From NCBI GenBank assembly GCA_965235115.1, contig OZ249437.1, positions 30,690,001 to 30,754,000 on the forward strand: a stretch of 64,000 nt of DNA. The letters are read 5' to 3'. The DNA comes from Laetmonice hystrix. Lineage: Eukaryota. Of the stretch, positions 1-14,605 are shown one piece after another (position 1 is the first letter of the stretch; each line of letters begins with the position of its first letter). The translations under genes were made by a program, and so were the position numbers. The notes under the pieces were generated by a model that searched no databases, was not told the DNA's origin, and was given only the letters and a program-made list of their open reading frames with translations.

Positions 1-2076
1 CCTGTCACTATGTCATTGGGTTGCTCGAGTTCAAAGGCGCCCACCCTGATGGCCAAGGCCAATTTTGATACATAATATGTATGCATGACTTGAGACTGTT
101 TTGAGTAAATATTATGGCGTCAGCCACTTCTGACATACGGATGATTTGAGGGAGTTTTTTTTATATTCTATACTAGTCTACATTGTACTCCAAAACAAAG
201 CATGCCCGATATTTATCAAAAATTGGTTTCAGCATCACAAACCTACGGCAGCTGCAGTAACTCAACACTAACTTTCTTGAGGTGATATTGAGATCCTTTG
301 GTGAAATTCGACAGAAAAAAGGAAACAAAAGTTATATGATGAGAAAACAAGTCAATAAAGTGTCGCGAAAAGAAACGCTGACCTGTGTTTGAAGTTATGA
401 CCTCATAGGCGGCGGAAGCGGGAGGGGCTCTCAATAATCCTGTCCTCTGTATTTTTTATGGCATATTATTAATTATTCTTATAGATCTATTTTTGTATTT
501 ATATGATACAACCATGTTCTACTACCTTAAGCCAACTGGCCTCCCCCAATATTGCATCAAGCCATGCCCCCTCCCCAATATATGCCTATTATCTGTTGCA
601 CCGCTACGCAGGATGTGCATCTGTGATAGCAGTAGTAGAGAATTCAACAGATTAAACCTTTAATCTGATCTAGGCACTTTATCTTCTTAATACTGCAAAC
701 ACCCATCATACTGAGCCACCACGGCCGACATAGCGGTAAAATATTTGGAGCCCGGAGTCTGGAAACTGGGACGTTCTGCTGATTTGATAGATACTACAAC
801 CTCCTACAGACTTCTACAGACTTATGTATTCATATCATTATCCATAAACCGAATCACTTGTGACATGACATATCTGACCTCAATATGTTGTTGTCCTCAC
901 CTTTAGCAGATACATTCTTTGATTAGCCTATGGACACAGCGATACGTATGCAATTATTCACACCAACAGTGGTCCTCAAACTGATAATATACGACAGCAT
1001 CACCTTTTACAGGGCACTACATCAAACTGAAGATACTAAGATATTCTTAAATACATCTTCCCCCATCATCCAGCCTTACAATATCACATCTCCTCGAGGT
1101 ACAAATACATTTACTTCAGCATGACCTTCAGCAACATGGTTCAGAGTTTCGCCCAAGACACACTTCTTGAAAATATGCAGAAATATTTTAAAATAATTAT
1201 CTAATAGTCTAAATTATGTACAAAAATTGTCGTTTTCCTGTGACTAATTACGGGGGAAAAACGGGTACAAGAGGATCGATTTTTTCAAATCAGTGGAAAA
1301 TATCCGAATTTGCGCGCATATTTTGCAAGGACATATATCCAAAATGAAGTAATTAGTGGCAGTATTCTATAGTTAAAGACTCCAAGTATGATACAAAAGT
1401 ATTTCAAATGGTCGTCAAATGAAGGATGCCACTTTTTTCAACTTCTTCATGGTACATGAGCGTGCATCTGATTCTCCCCTGGGCTCCTTTGTTATATTTC
1501 TTAACCAAATTTATTGGGACAAGTTGATCTACCGGTCATCGTAGTTGCTTAGAAGTAAGGTACGTCTGAGGGCGGATGTTGTCTCATATAGAGTGCTACC
1601 TGTAGGCCTTAATACATCTTCATGGCAATAACAGATTGTTAATAATAAAATCTATACAAATTTTGCATCAATATGCGGCGATTTTCGTGATATCGACGTT
1701 TTAATAGAATTCGAACCATTGATTTGTGAGAAATCGCTGTCCCCGAATGTAGGCCTACGGTAGTACGAGGGTGAAGGAAAAGTCCCGTTTACTGGGACGT
1801 AAACAGGCAGTTGCGATCAAAACAAGGTTGTCAGGAGTAGCAGTCAACCATGTCATCAAACCTGAAAATGAATTGCGAGGGCCACTTCATTGAACACTTT
1901 ACATGTCACTATTCGGTGACGTACTGACCTACATCGAGGTCAGAACCTTCATGTTTTACACCGATTTTCCGCGCCCCACGTGACACGGCCAGCCACATGT
2001 GCTATGCACTTATGAGGGTTTCATTGAATTTTCGCTGGAAAGCACTAATGGTCAACAAAGCGAACTAATGCCCTAC

Positions 2077-3425
2077 CAGGGGCGCCGCTGCCGGGGGGGG
2101 GCGGGGGGGGACATGTCCCCCCCACTTTTGCTGGCGACCTAAAAAGGTCAAAGGCTCCTTGAAGTTGAAGCTAGGCCTAATAGATCTACAGGTCTTCTTA
2201 TACTCCCTATGCCTAGCTTTTTAAGGTGAATTGCCCATGGGAGGCAAATTAAAGATAGATTTTCATCATTTTTAATCTTGGCCTTCGCCTATATAGGCCT
2301 AAGCCAATGTGTTTCGGAGATAGGTCTATGCTTTGCTGTTCTATAATTAATATGGGTCTAACCGCGGCCTAGATCCCCTGCAGCTTCCATGTGTATACCT
2401 TAGTCCTACCACACTGGCGGATCCAGAGGAGGGGGTCACATATGGTCTGGACCCCCCCCCCCCCCAAAAAAAATGTCATGGCGCCCCTCCTGCCGTTCAT
2501 GGCACCTCATGGCATTGTAGGCCTACATAAGACTTTTGACATCATTGGTCTTTAAATAGCTTTGTGCTCCAAAATGCTAAAAATTTGAAAATTTTCCGGG
2601 GGGGCATGCCCCCGGACGCCCTAGAAAGGCTTTGTGCCTTCGCGCTCCTACAGTCACACTGGTTGCGCCCCTAAAAACGTTGGACCCCCCTACTTGAAAA
2701 AGCTGGATCCGTCCCTGTACCGTCTCTTGTTTAGCCCATAGACCATGTTGGGCCTTCCTCTTTGATTTTGAGGAAAAAGACCTCATGCGTGAATGTATTC
2801 AAATAATGAGTGAGGTTTACAATTTTTTTACGAGGCCTAGTGTGGTAGAATAGAAAGTGGCAAGTAGGATGGGGACGGTCTCTATTTTATTTGGTAAAAG
2901 TGTGTTTTAGGCTTAATCGTCAACTTTTTTTGCTTCTGATAAATATTGCTTTATACTGTTTTTTGTGATGTCAACGGCCAGGTGGGGCCCACCGAAAAAA
3001 ATTTTTAGCCTCGCTACGCTCGGCATGATTTCATTGTAATTGTAGGTACTAATAGTATGATACATCTTCATACAAAAAAGGAAGATCTAAGGGGGGGCAA
3101 GCCCCCTGATGAATCCCTCACTGATTAATACATTAATCTTGAGCAAAAGGTCGGCACCGAAAGCTCTTAAGTTTGATGCTGAGAAGCCGGGAAATAGCAT
3201 CGATCGCCTTTTATATTCCCAAACATTTTAAGTCGGACCCCTTCCCCTCTCGGCGCGGGCACCTTCGGACCCCCCCCCCCCCCCTGCAAAGATAATCCTG
3301 GATCCGCCCCTTGGGGGTGTGAATACACTGTTATTTTGCAATTCTTATGGTACATAAATCTCGGGGGAAAATGTCAAACACACCAAGATTGTCCCCCCAC
3401 TTTGAAATAGGCAGCGGCGCCCCTG
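2077..3425. mobile_element. Non-autonomous TIR element (MITE) with nested insertions and 5-bp TSD
   Basis: Terminal inverted repeats CAGGGGCGCCGCTGCC (2077) / GGCAGCGGCGCCCCTG (ends 3425). CCTAC is duplicated on both flanks (2072-2076, 3426-3430). Contains poly-G/poly-C tracts and no ORF. Confidence 0.75.
2412..2717. mobile_element. GGCGGATCC-type MITE nested in the 2077-3425 element
   Basis: Ends CACTGGCGGATCCAG ... CTGGATCCGTCCCTG. Flanks TACCA/TACCG (4/5 match, probable 5-bp TSD). Confidence 0.7.
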
Positions 3426-4790
3426 CCTACGGTACACCTCTACTAGGCCCTAATAAGAAGGTCATAATCCCCTTAAAGATATTGCTATAGGCCTACCCAC
3501 CAACAGGTTACATGCGATATACCTTCATCCTCAATGTCCAAAATGAACGTCATGCCCATAAACCAGCATAAAGCTCCCTATACCCTTTCAACACCGGCAG
3601 GCCTGGGTCAGGCTACCTGTGCTTGTCACAATGGTTACTTTCAACTGAAGCCGACCTATCCTATTTCAAGGTCGCGGTTTTAACCTTGTCACGTCACAAT
3701 CTGCTATCAGGCGGGTCCCCCCCCCCCCGCAAAAAATCCTGTGCCCGCACCTGGCTATGGGCCCTATATTTTCCCCGATAAAATATCAAAAGTGTTCTCA
3801 AACATAATACGATGCAGTATACTACAGGTATAAGCCTACATGTGCATGCATCTCGTTTTCAAGTGTTCATCGGCACGTTTCTGCCAATTGTCTCATTGAT
3901 CAATAATCCTCCAGGCAGCTCAATCTTTCAGGCGAGTGCGTTGGATGGCTCATCTACTTCAGCAGCCTCCACTGTACTGGCCCTTCCGTCTATCGGAGTG
4001 ATACGTCGTGAAGATGGTAGGTCCCGTATACAGCCTTTACAGGCCTACCTCAACACAAACTGCCAGACTGGGAAATATTATGGCATTCCAAAATGACACA
4101 TTTGAATCTCTTTACAAGAAAGACCATCAGTGCAAGCTGTTCGGAATACTTCGAAACGTGTAGATCTATTTCCATTCAATTTTTATATTCCATAGTAACA
4201 GCGACTATTTGACACTTTGCCCTCAATGCCGCGGGTCTCTCGGCCGGGTAGATGTGAAGCAAATGGCCTGCGAGTTAGATTTCGCATAGCCATAATTGAT
4301 CCACCTTTAGTACCTTTGGCGTCTATCTGCTATGCGCCAATATCTGGCGGAACTGCCTGAATTCAGCACCCATGCGTACAGGAATCCATCACGAGCTAAC
4401 AGTCGCATAACCCTTGTCGTACCTTTCCTTCCTTCCTGAAATACTCACACGATTCTGAATCCAGAAACGGCAAAATCCTACCTTGGTAGCTACACAGCGT
4501 CTTCTCTCTATGTGCCTGGATTTTAGCACGTTATTTCAAGTAAAATTTGCTGGAAAATGACACAAATTTTAACAACGCAGTGACTGGTACACACTTACCA
4601 TGTTGCTCTAGTCCGTTCAGGTAGAATCAGTACACCCCGTATCGCCTGCCCCTGAGACTTCTCTTACAATAACAACACATTGCAGGACAAAAAGAAATAT
4701 TGGCGGCAACTAAATGTCTGCCTGTTGATTAGATACTATGATTCAGGTGCCTTTAATCATTCTCCAATCTGATCCTATAAAAGCGACTGC

Positions 4791-7700
4791 TCAGCCCGTG
4801 TCAGTGTCACCCAGTATGCACCTACATTCGTACTGCTGCTTGACGAAATACCGAACTCCAGACGTTGGAAACTTCTTGTCCGTGAATATTTCTTGTACAA
4901 ATCCATCAATGCTTGCCTGATGTCCTTGGACCGTGACTACTGGTATGTCACACAGTGCAGCAGAATTCAAGCTCACTGTATGCACTGGTAAAAATCAAGA
5001 AGAAGAAAAACAACTATAGGCCTACCGTTCTCCCAACAGTCACGGGTTGAGACCAGGCATTGCCGCAAGCTCTATTATGCAACCAGTTGTATTCTACAGC
5101 ACACTCCCACCTTGCCCCCCCCCCCCTCACCCATCATACACTCAACCCCAACTTGTCGTCGTACCAGCAATGAAGCTGAGCAAGAGGTGGCGGTAAAAGC
5201 GGCGAGTGCAGGCCTAAAATTAACCTGTTTGACGAGGGCGCTGTATTCTGAAAAATCACGCACTGAACGTCGAGATAATTCTCCGGTTTCTCAAGCATTC
5301 CTCCCGATAATCCAATTGAGGTATTTCGTATTCCAGTGATATTATTCCTTGTCAAGCTTTCTATCTACTGAAAGTATCTCACGGGTCAGTGATCACTACA
5401 CCGCGTTTTAAACTGGTTTCTGGTCTGGCTGACAAAGGTTTGATAACGTTCAGACTGAGAAACTAGAATGTCTGGTTGTGCTCTCATCTGTTTTTATAAA
5501 CCCAATACTTCATGTTTCGCGGCCCAAGCGATTTGGCAGGGAGAGAGAGAGGACTCGCCCACTTCCAAAAGGTCGGCTATTTTTCAATGTGTAATAGGCC
5601 TACATCGCTTGGGTATAGCGACCCCGAGCGCTGACATGCTGCTCCGCTGGGCCGACCATGGAGAAGTTAATAACAATGGAAACAGGCACTCAAAAATACG
5701 AATTGACTTTAGTTTGAACTTCCATTGCTCGACCGATATTCACATCAATATTTTAGCATTCTCAAATGTACCAGCGCCGAATAATACCGAGATAATCACC
5801 CGAATGTTTTTAACGATTGTCGAGTTGCTCTTAGCGTCTCCGTCCATGCCAATATGGCAATTTATGAAAAAACATCTGAACTTCCTTTTAAAAACGTTGT
5901 TATAAAGCCATTGACTCGTGATTACTTCGTGTCACTCTTGGGCAGTAAAGTAAAACCCAAGGGAGTTATCATTTCAAGGCGTTTTCTAATGGTAACACCT
6001 CATCTACCATTCTGGTATGTTCAAATGGTAACACCTCACCTACCATTCTGGTATGTTCAAATGGTAACACCTCACCTACCATTCTGGTATGTTCAAATGG
6101 TAACACCTCACCTACCATTCTGGTATGTTCAGTGTCTTGTATGGGCTCATTATGTGTTCAGCCGCTATATATTGACAAGGTTTACTAGTTTTACCAAGCC
6201 ACTGTAAAAATAATGTTTACTCTTCCCTTCTAACTTTTCACCTTTTGTAACAGACATGAATGGACAAAGTTGCTGTTTTTTGAATAATATCCAGAATGAA
6301 GACGACTGTCTCTACTGATGTCCATTCTTTGCGTAACTAGACGCACCTGATATTAACCTGAAATTGTTAAAAAGCAGCATTCTACACTTAAATGTGCTCA
6401 ATTTCGCAAAACATCTACGAAACCATGCTGATGATGAACTGTCCACCACTAGTACACGAGTAGAAATAAAGATGAAAGTACCTTGTAGAGGTGGCTGGTT
6501 AGATTGCTTCGCATGCCGTAGAACTTCAGGGACTCGGACCTGCCGAGGTTTGCGGAGCGGTGTCCGTTTTTTTCCAACACCATTTCCGCAGCGGATAGAC
6601 TCCTTGATTGTAAAGTTACGCGTGTGGTAGACGCTGTTGAAGTCTTGAAACCCAGACACAGATGTTCCTGTCCAACAGCGGCAGCCTAAGCCAGTGCGGT
6701 CAGACTGGACTCAACTGACTTAATACACATCTTGGATCTTTATATGGAGAGTTGAATAAACCATTGATGGTTGCCCCCCGCCCCCGGGGCAGGCTACGGC
6801 CCTGAATCCACTTGACAACTATTGGTTAGATGTCCTTGGTTCAGTCTGGGACTATTGTCTTCGATGTGACACTGGCATGGCAGAGCAGTTGAACTATCCC
6901 GTACCATAACACGGGCTTCTTATGAGCTTCTTGGTGTCTGCGGACATTGTTTGTACGGCCAGCAATCGGTAGGTAATATTCGTGGAACGAGTGCCCCATA
7001 AACACCTGTATTGAAATCTACCCTTTAGAGTTCGCATATATTAGGGTGATATAGTGGTGGTCTATTGTGAAAAGAAGACAGAATTGCTCTCAAAATAATA
7101 CCTCAACAAAAGAAAGTAGGCTACCTCCCTTAATGACTCCGCATAGTTTCAAAAATAGAAATCCCAACTCTTCAGAACATGCAGTAAAGTCAGAGTGACA
7201 ATGGGTGAAATCGGTATGCCTACGGACTTGCCATGCCCAAGTGATTTTATAATTAATGGAAAAGGGTATGTCACCAAAAATAACACTCGAGGTGGTCAGT
7301 GCCAAGATGCCTCTTTGCCTTTGGCCATGCACGTTCTCGTCGAACAGGTGTGGTCAAAGAGAGTGGATATTTTTGGAAGATCAGCTATAAGGTATGGCCA
7401 CCCCGAAGGCGTGGAATGTCATTCAAAGAGGAAGAAACGATCTCGTCAGCAGCATGCGGAGATGTTGCAGGCAGGTTATTCAGAATAATGGGGGATATAC
7501 ACGCGATCTTAAGGATTAACCCCAAAAGATATAAAGATCATTAAACCCAATTTCATCTGTTCTTTGATGCTGAATAAACATGAAGGAATATGGCATTTTT
7601 TTAAAGACGCCTTTTTCTATTTATCTTAAAATCACCCAGGCATGACATGTCCAGCGGGCCGATTGATGTCCCCCCCCCCCCATTGCCCCTTTGACCATGG

Positions 7701-10700
7701 CATGTTACCACGAGACTGGTCACTTTTGAACAACCTTTGGACCTCATTCCTTTAATTAGACCTAACTGACGAATTAGAGTTCTGCTCGATGCTGTCCATC
7801 TCATCCTGTCACAGTGACAAGGTTTTGGTCGCAGTCCCAAGCGGTGATCTGAAAGACGCGACTCATTAATATGTCATTCCCGTCGTCCGTCTGTCCTCCC
7901 CATCGTGAGAGGTTTGAAAATAATTTCTATTCTTGTCATCCCCGGTCAGATTACAACACCCATAACATAGCCTGCTGTCCGGCCGAGGCAATACGTCCTT
8001 GCAGCAAGCATGACTAACTACTCCACTTCCTCAATGTGCCTGGGGCCTTCATAATGACATGCATAGGCCCAACTTTGTTTATCAACACCAAAACTAGAAC
8101 ACAGCTTCGTTGGCATCCATGTTATTTATAACTTCACGACAGATCTTTTTCCCCTTTATCATCTGCATGCAATTATCGTGGGGTAGTCACGCCAGAATTC
8201 TAACTGCTCAAACAGGTTCAGTTAAAAGGCAACTACAGTATCTGTTGCAGTCCGGTAATTTACCAAATGGGAAATATCTTCTTAGCAAGATTAATTCGTG
8301 GTGACATTTGAATTTAGGTCCAAATCTAAACCAAGGTCATGCTTGCTACGAGAGAATCAAGTACCTAAATCAAAACAAATACAAAAAAAGAACCATGGAA
8401 ATGTGTCCTATATCTATGGACCAACTGCTGCGTATGTTACCGCTATGTAGGTCTCTCACTCTCGGATGAGATTCCAGGATGTGCGACTTCCGACACGTGG
8501 AGTTAGTAAAAGTTTACTGGTACGAATTTCCACACAGCTCAGCACTGACCTCAATGAAGTCTTAAGTAATCCCCACGCTGCCCACAAAATATGGGTGACC
8601 CTAATTAAATTATGAAATGAATTCAATCAGGCGTCACAGTTAGACCCTAAACGGCCGTGACCACCTATCCGTTTTTATATGGGCTACTGAATTTTCCTTG
8701 GAGGATAATCCCCTGCTATAGCACCCTGCCAGGTGTCTTTCGTGTGGTTAAACAGAAATTCAAGGACCTTTTTTAACGTAACAGAAGGTACAATGGAAGA
8801 AATAAAAAGATAAAAATAAAATTTACAGATTCTCTTCAATTTTTTTAACCTTAAAAAAAAGACCCAGTTTTTTTCTCCACCATAAAATCTCGTGTCCATA
8901 TTTTGTACTTGCTTCTGAACATTCCTTGAAAACCCATCTTCTAAAAACCGCATTTGTTTTTGCCTCTAGCTTCTAAACAGTAACTATAATTTCTAGCTTT
9001 AATATTGGGTCATGGTAACAGCAACCTAGACAGTGTAATCAAGGGTATAATCCCGAAATGACATGTGTTCTTTGATAGTGTGGACAGCAGTTTTAATGCC
9101 AGAGTTGTTCTAACAATAGTAACAATAGTAAAAGGGACACAATCAGACAACTTTAATTCCCCGTGTTTTAGCACTTCCTTGATACAGCTTCCAGCGTCAA
9201 TGTGTCCGTTTCACAACTGACTATTCAATCTCCTGTATACCTTTGTTCAGTCAAGCGTATTCAATCCTTTTACTCTGGCAACAAGACAATTTCAGTACAA
9301 ACAGGCTGCCCACTAATTGCTTGTGCCAATAGATGGCCAGGATCATTTTGTTATATTTATACATTTTTCGGTTTGAGACCCGCCATTTCCATATATCCTA
9401 ATGTATACCTTTCAACCTCACTTAGAGTTTTGGATTCGAAAATAAACAGCCGGCGTTAACTATATGCTCCGTCCTTCTGCCCAGCAGTCATCTGAAGGTC
9501 GTGGGTATTCCCGTACGCCTGACGACAGTACACCCGCGACCAGACAGTATCGACTCTAACCTATCTATACCATCATTGCATCCAGAGGGGTATCACACAA
9601 GTACAGGTGGTCTTACTTTGTTACCTTATTTCAAATGTAGGTCCGTGCATAAATGTCACGCTAAATAAGTCTAAATAAGCTAAATATGGAAATGGTGGCG
9701 AAAGACGTAAATGTTCTTCAAACTTTAAGTGCATGCTCGTCCAGTATTCATGACGTTTCAAACAGTAATTTGTTATCCTACCTAGCCATACAGCCTATCA
9801 TTATTTCATCATCTACCAAGCGCCACAAGGCGCGTTCGGCCCTGCTCCACCCCGTGTGAAATATATCCTAAGACAGAGTCCTGCGCACACCAACACGTAT
9901 GGCTGAACACATACAAAAGGAGCAAGGAGAAATTTAGGAACGGCAGGGCGAAAAAGAGAAACTCTACACCAACGCTCAGTGCAACATATTGAAGACAACA
10001 ATGAGAATGCAGATCGGTTCTTACTAAAAACAAAAACGCGTATTCACCTTTGACATTAGATAAGATCATTTTAAAGGTGACAAATGACATTTACGGTCGC
10101 GATTGTGAAAAAGATATGAATGTAAAGTAGGGGTGGGGGTGGGAGGTTGAAGTACTGGGAAGGAGACGGTTAAAGGAGACATTTAAAAAGTTGATAGTGA
10201 TGAACATTACACTCGTGTGTTGTCCATTTACATTTGTATAATGTAGTCCAATGCGCCAGCTCTTATGGCGTGAATACATAGGCCTACTACTACTAGTAGG
10301 CCTACTCTGACTGATGACTAGTAATAGTGCTGTGGCCGGCCATGGTTACAGTTCTGAGATCATGGTGCTATCTCCTCTCATACAAATAGAATGCCTGATA
10401 AGATATGGCGAAATGTGGACAATTTGGTAAAGCATTTTATTTAGGAGATCAGCGAAGCATTTATTATGATGAACCACTACCATTAGGTGGAGGGAAAGCG
10501 ACACAAACAAACAATTTTTCTGTGATAACATCTGCGGGCCGCTTTATAAAACTGGAAATTATGTTATCCAGCACACCAGGGCTAAAGATATGCAACCAAC
10601 AGCTGCCACAAATAAATGAACTAGTATAAAGAGCCCATTCTAACCAATTGGCAAAAATGAGGCAGAATTATGCGAGTAAGTACACATGAACATATCAAAA

Positions 10701-13700
10701 CTTGCAATCTCATTTAGCCGTCTGAAGGCCACACGCATGCCAATAATAGACAGTGAGGGCCCAACTATTTCTGAAGGCAATATGGCTCAGATAACAAAAT
10801 TCTTGATTGGAGTACCCCGGTAAATATCTGTGAGGAAGGAAATTCTTGCATTAGTTTGCACCATGGAAAATTAATACCTTCAATATCTTTGTAAAGAGAC
10901 TGTGTGGAGTCAGACATTTACCAATGTCTGTCTGCACAAAGTGAGCCACAAAGTGAGCTTTCCTGCCTGTGGGGTCGCCTTCCCACATTTCTCTGATGTG
11001 GTCTACATACACATATGGCTATAAACTGTACATGTATCACCAATTCTCCGACATAAACTAGTGTATGTATAAGTAAAATATTCGCTTGGAGCACTCATGC
11101 TAATTGTCACGCTGGATGTCCACGATAGAATGGTCACAACATGTGCAAAACGGTGCATAATGTACTGCTATTTTATAGAAGCAAGTAAGTGAGTGATTTT
11201 TTTAGATGCACGGGCAACAGGCGTTTACAACCCAGTTACTTTCAGAATGTCAGGAAAGAGAAAAGTTGTATTATAATCCTTCACTGGAATTGAACCCCAG
11301 CCCCAAGATTACTGCACCTATTCGCATAACATAATGTCTCAACGCCCATGTCCACTCGGCCACCGCCACTTCCATGTGAGTGAGTGAGTCAGTGAGTCAG
11401 TGAGTCAGTGATTTTCTTTTTAAATGCACGGGCATCAGGCGTAACCCAGTTACTATGAGAATGTCCGGAAAGAGAAAAGTTGTATATCTACTGGAATCGA
11501 ACCCCGGCCCCAAGATTACTGCACCCATTCGGATAGCTGAGTAGTTGGTGTTTAATGCCCAGTCAGCAGTATTTCAGCAACAAAGTTAAAAATCAGTTCC
11601 CCCCCCCCCCCCCAAAAAAAAAAAAACGTTTTGTGACTTTATTTTTTTCAAAATGCTCAACCCTAGGCTATCTCTCCCCCCCCCCCCCCCCCCCCCCTAA
11701 AAAAGGCCACTTGGCTCACGCAGCTCATGTAGGCCTACACACACTAAATACATACACAAACGGGTATCTCACTTATTCTCATGCCTACTTTTTCATCGTT
11801 ATTGTAAATGTAATTAATCTAAGGCAGCTAGCTACTCTCAACACCAGTCTAGTAAACAAACATCATGGAACCTAATTTTGATACTGTTTACAGTTGTAAC
11901 CAGGCCAATATTTTCTAAACGGGCAACAACACGACACTTAACGTAATGTTATCTAACAAACCATCACGGTAAGGTGAATTGTAAATCAAAATACAAAGCA
12001 GACACTGATGATCAACACGATTTCCTTCTGTCCACTTAACGTTTAGCTATCACACTTTACATGCGATTACTAGCATACAAATGCTGGTGACGGGACAGGA
12101 ACATGATAGAAGTGCTCGAATTACCTTAAAATACCTTCCATGGTGCACTGTCATGACCACAATGTATTCTGACCACACCAACGACATAACCTTTGCCCTC
12201 GAATTTAATTTGAATTTATTCACGTGTAGCAATGCACGTTTCACGGTTACTGATAAAATCTGCTATTCAAGCTAAAGATCAATGTTAAACCAGTATCCTT
12301 TGGTAGTAACAAAATAAAACCTATACATGTAGTCAGACCTCGTTAAACCCAGTGCCTATGATCTCACAATCCAAACCACCCTTTCTGAGAACCTCCTCAG
12401 ACATATTGAATTGAAAAATTGATCCACTAACCTGTATGGTTCGCAATACAATCTAAAATCACCATTTAAAGACACCAGGCCCTTTGATAAAACGAGGTCT
12501 CACTCTAAATGAATTAACTAGTCGATTATGAATTGATCATTAATAATTCTAAATAACTTGACAGAGTGCACAACAAAAAGTGTTATTTAAATCTGAAATT
12601 TAAAAGACGGTGAATCAATCCATTAGTGCCATGCTTAGTTGTTACGTTTCTGGTTACCCCCCTTGAACACCATCAACTAACAAAGTAACTAAGTGATGAC
12701 ATTCAAGAATATAAATTCTTCATGTTGTTAAGTTAATAAGCCTGTTAAACCAGTCACGGACTTCAGTGCTTACCTCTTCCAACTTCTTGTGTTTACTGCA
12801 ACAGGAACACTTCCTTAGCTGAAGATATCATGCATTATACATACTGTGAGCAAGTGGGAGGCCACGTGCCCCCGTACCTGTTTTTTCAGTTGTTGGGGTT
12901 TTTTTTGTTTTTGTTTTTTTTGAGGGGGGGGGGAGGGAGGTAAGTGGGGAGTAGTGTTGATCTAGACATTTCTGATCAATATTTTTGGGAGAGCACTGAT
13001 TGTACCGTCCATGTCTTTTATTGGCATGAACACTTTCAGGCCACCTGTTTGTAATAATCAATGTTAAGCAATGCAAAACCACAAATTTACATAATCAGCA
13101 GAAAATTTCACTTTCAAATTATTCTTTCATGTAATCCTCGTTCATATCATGGTAAAATGTTTGACCTTCAATGCCTTTCTGGAGCAATTTACTTAAATTT
13201 TATAACGAGGTATTTCTTTTCCTCTGTACTTGTACAATGTACTACATGTACTATGCTCAAGTACTTAAATACAAAAGAATTCCCCATAACTCCATGTGAC
13301 AGATCTTCATCTTAAACGTAAATTAGAAATATCAATATCTGAGATCAACTATCAGGGTTCTCACTAACCTGTTCTAGACTAACAGTACCACTACTGTCTA
13401 CAGTTTAATTTCTGGCTGCTATTCTTCAAAATCAGATTCCATCTTTCCCTATGCTCCACTTAAAAGCAAAGATGACAGACACCCCTCCAATATTTTATTT
13501 TTAATCATGACCACACCCGCATTTTTGTCGTTTTCTAAGGGCTTCAAGTTCAACATTCTTGCACTACACTAAAATTTGTATTTCCTAGACATTATCATTC
13601 TAAATGGTAAACCTACCCCTCAATGCTTTCACACTTCATTAACATTTCATTAAAAATCTTTCAGAAGACAGAAAAATGTTTTTTTTTGTTACTTACATAG

Positions 13701-13759
13701 ACCCCTCGTAACTTGCTGAAGTCATATTGTAAACTCTTAGACCTCCTGGATCTGCTCAT
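4791..13759 (-). CDS. Partially assembled spliced gene of unknown function, divergent from DNAJC10
   Basis: Minus-strand segments with canonical AG/GT borders. 13697-13830 has ATG at 13759 (MSRSRRSKSLQYDFSKLRGVY). 12774-12818 reads LRKCSCCSKHKKLEE. 10878-10931 reads TDIGKCLTPHSLFTKILK. After an unresolved gap, 6905-7005, 6482-6667 and 4791-4984 join in phase (CLWGTRSTN...GFQDFNSVYHTRNFTIKESIRC...PPLQVHTVSL...YECRCILGDTDTG-stop). Exons between about 7.0 and 10.8 kb could not be linked unambiguously, and I recognise no family. Confidence 0.4.
5989..6131. repeat. 36-bp tandem repeat, 4 copies
   Basis: Unit ATGGTAACACCTCACCTACCATTCTGGTATGTTCAA repeated head to tail with one internal substitution and no spacers. 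Confidence 0.95.
11189..11535 (-). mobile_element. Two tandem copies of a tRNA-derived SINE (family 2); second copy 5'-truncated
   Basis: On the - strand, copy 1 (about 11189-11375) has A-box TGGCCGAGTGG and B-box GGTTCAATTCC. Copy 2 (about 11376-11535) has B-box GGTTCGATTCC. The bodies are near-identical and both end in (ACTC)n-type tails. Confidence 0.7.
11535..11580 (-). mobile_element. 3' tail fragment of SINE family 1
   Basis: GAGTAGTTGGTGTTTAATGCCCAGTCAGCAGTATTTCAGC matches the tail of the full-length SINE at 19861-20201. Confidence 0.65.
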
Positions 13760-14605
13760 CTTCCAAAAAAGAGCTTCGAACCAAAGGGATCAAGGAATGT
13801 AGAGGTACTTCTTCCAATCACGTCCTTAACCTGTACAAAACAAGGAAAGAATAAAAGAAACTCAAGTTATAATATAATGTAATCATCTATTAGAATTTAG
13901 GACACATTCTTTTTACACGAATAACTATAGTGTAAATTGTGTTTGTTAAATGGACAGAATCTATTTATTCACAACCAAATACGTTATTATTTTGCTAACT
14001 TGCTCTAACATGTACATACATCCAGCCCATATAGGTGGTAAAATGCACATGGCTACCAACCCTACCGTAGTGTGTTGATGATGTGTTGATGTTACATGTG
14101 ATGATGTATGGTACTACAGAAACAGTAACCTGGCGGATAGGTGACACCCTCTTGATCAGTAACAGTAGAGTAAAGTCTCTGAGAACCATTGCACAACTGC
14201 TCCACGCTTTATATGGTATGATCCCCTGGCCACCTTCTTTACCTAAGTCCAATGTCAACAATATGTAGGGAGTGGACATACCTGGCTGACGGGCCAATAC
14301 CAGGTCACCAACTCGGATTATGCGAAAGGCAGAACTTCCTAGTTTCACCTTTTTTCGAAGAACAAAGTCTGAACTGCCATCTTTATGCTGACGTTAGTCC
14401 AAGAATAATCTATTCTATTTCCTTAACCAAGTAAAAGGCATCATAATTCTAAAAGACTAAACATGATTAAAAGTCTAAATTTTGTAAATCAATCATTATA
14501 CCCCGGTACTAAAGAACAACTCCCAATGAAAACCTGGAAACCTCAACAGCTTGCATAGACATTTCTATTTGTACCCTAGCTTACAGCAATGGAAGGTTAT
14601 CTTAA

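Noticed and set aside
5989-6131. 36-bp repeats of CRISPR-like length
   Set aside because: No spacers between repeats, no cas genes, eukaryotic context.
14125-14387. Possible extra minus-strand exons (HKDGSSDFVLRKK...ARQP) and 117-aa ORF
   Set aside because: Splicing to the 13830 exon gives an immediate stop in every phase tested, and the internal intron would be only 39 nt; left out of the gene model.
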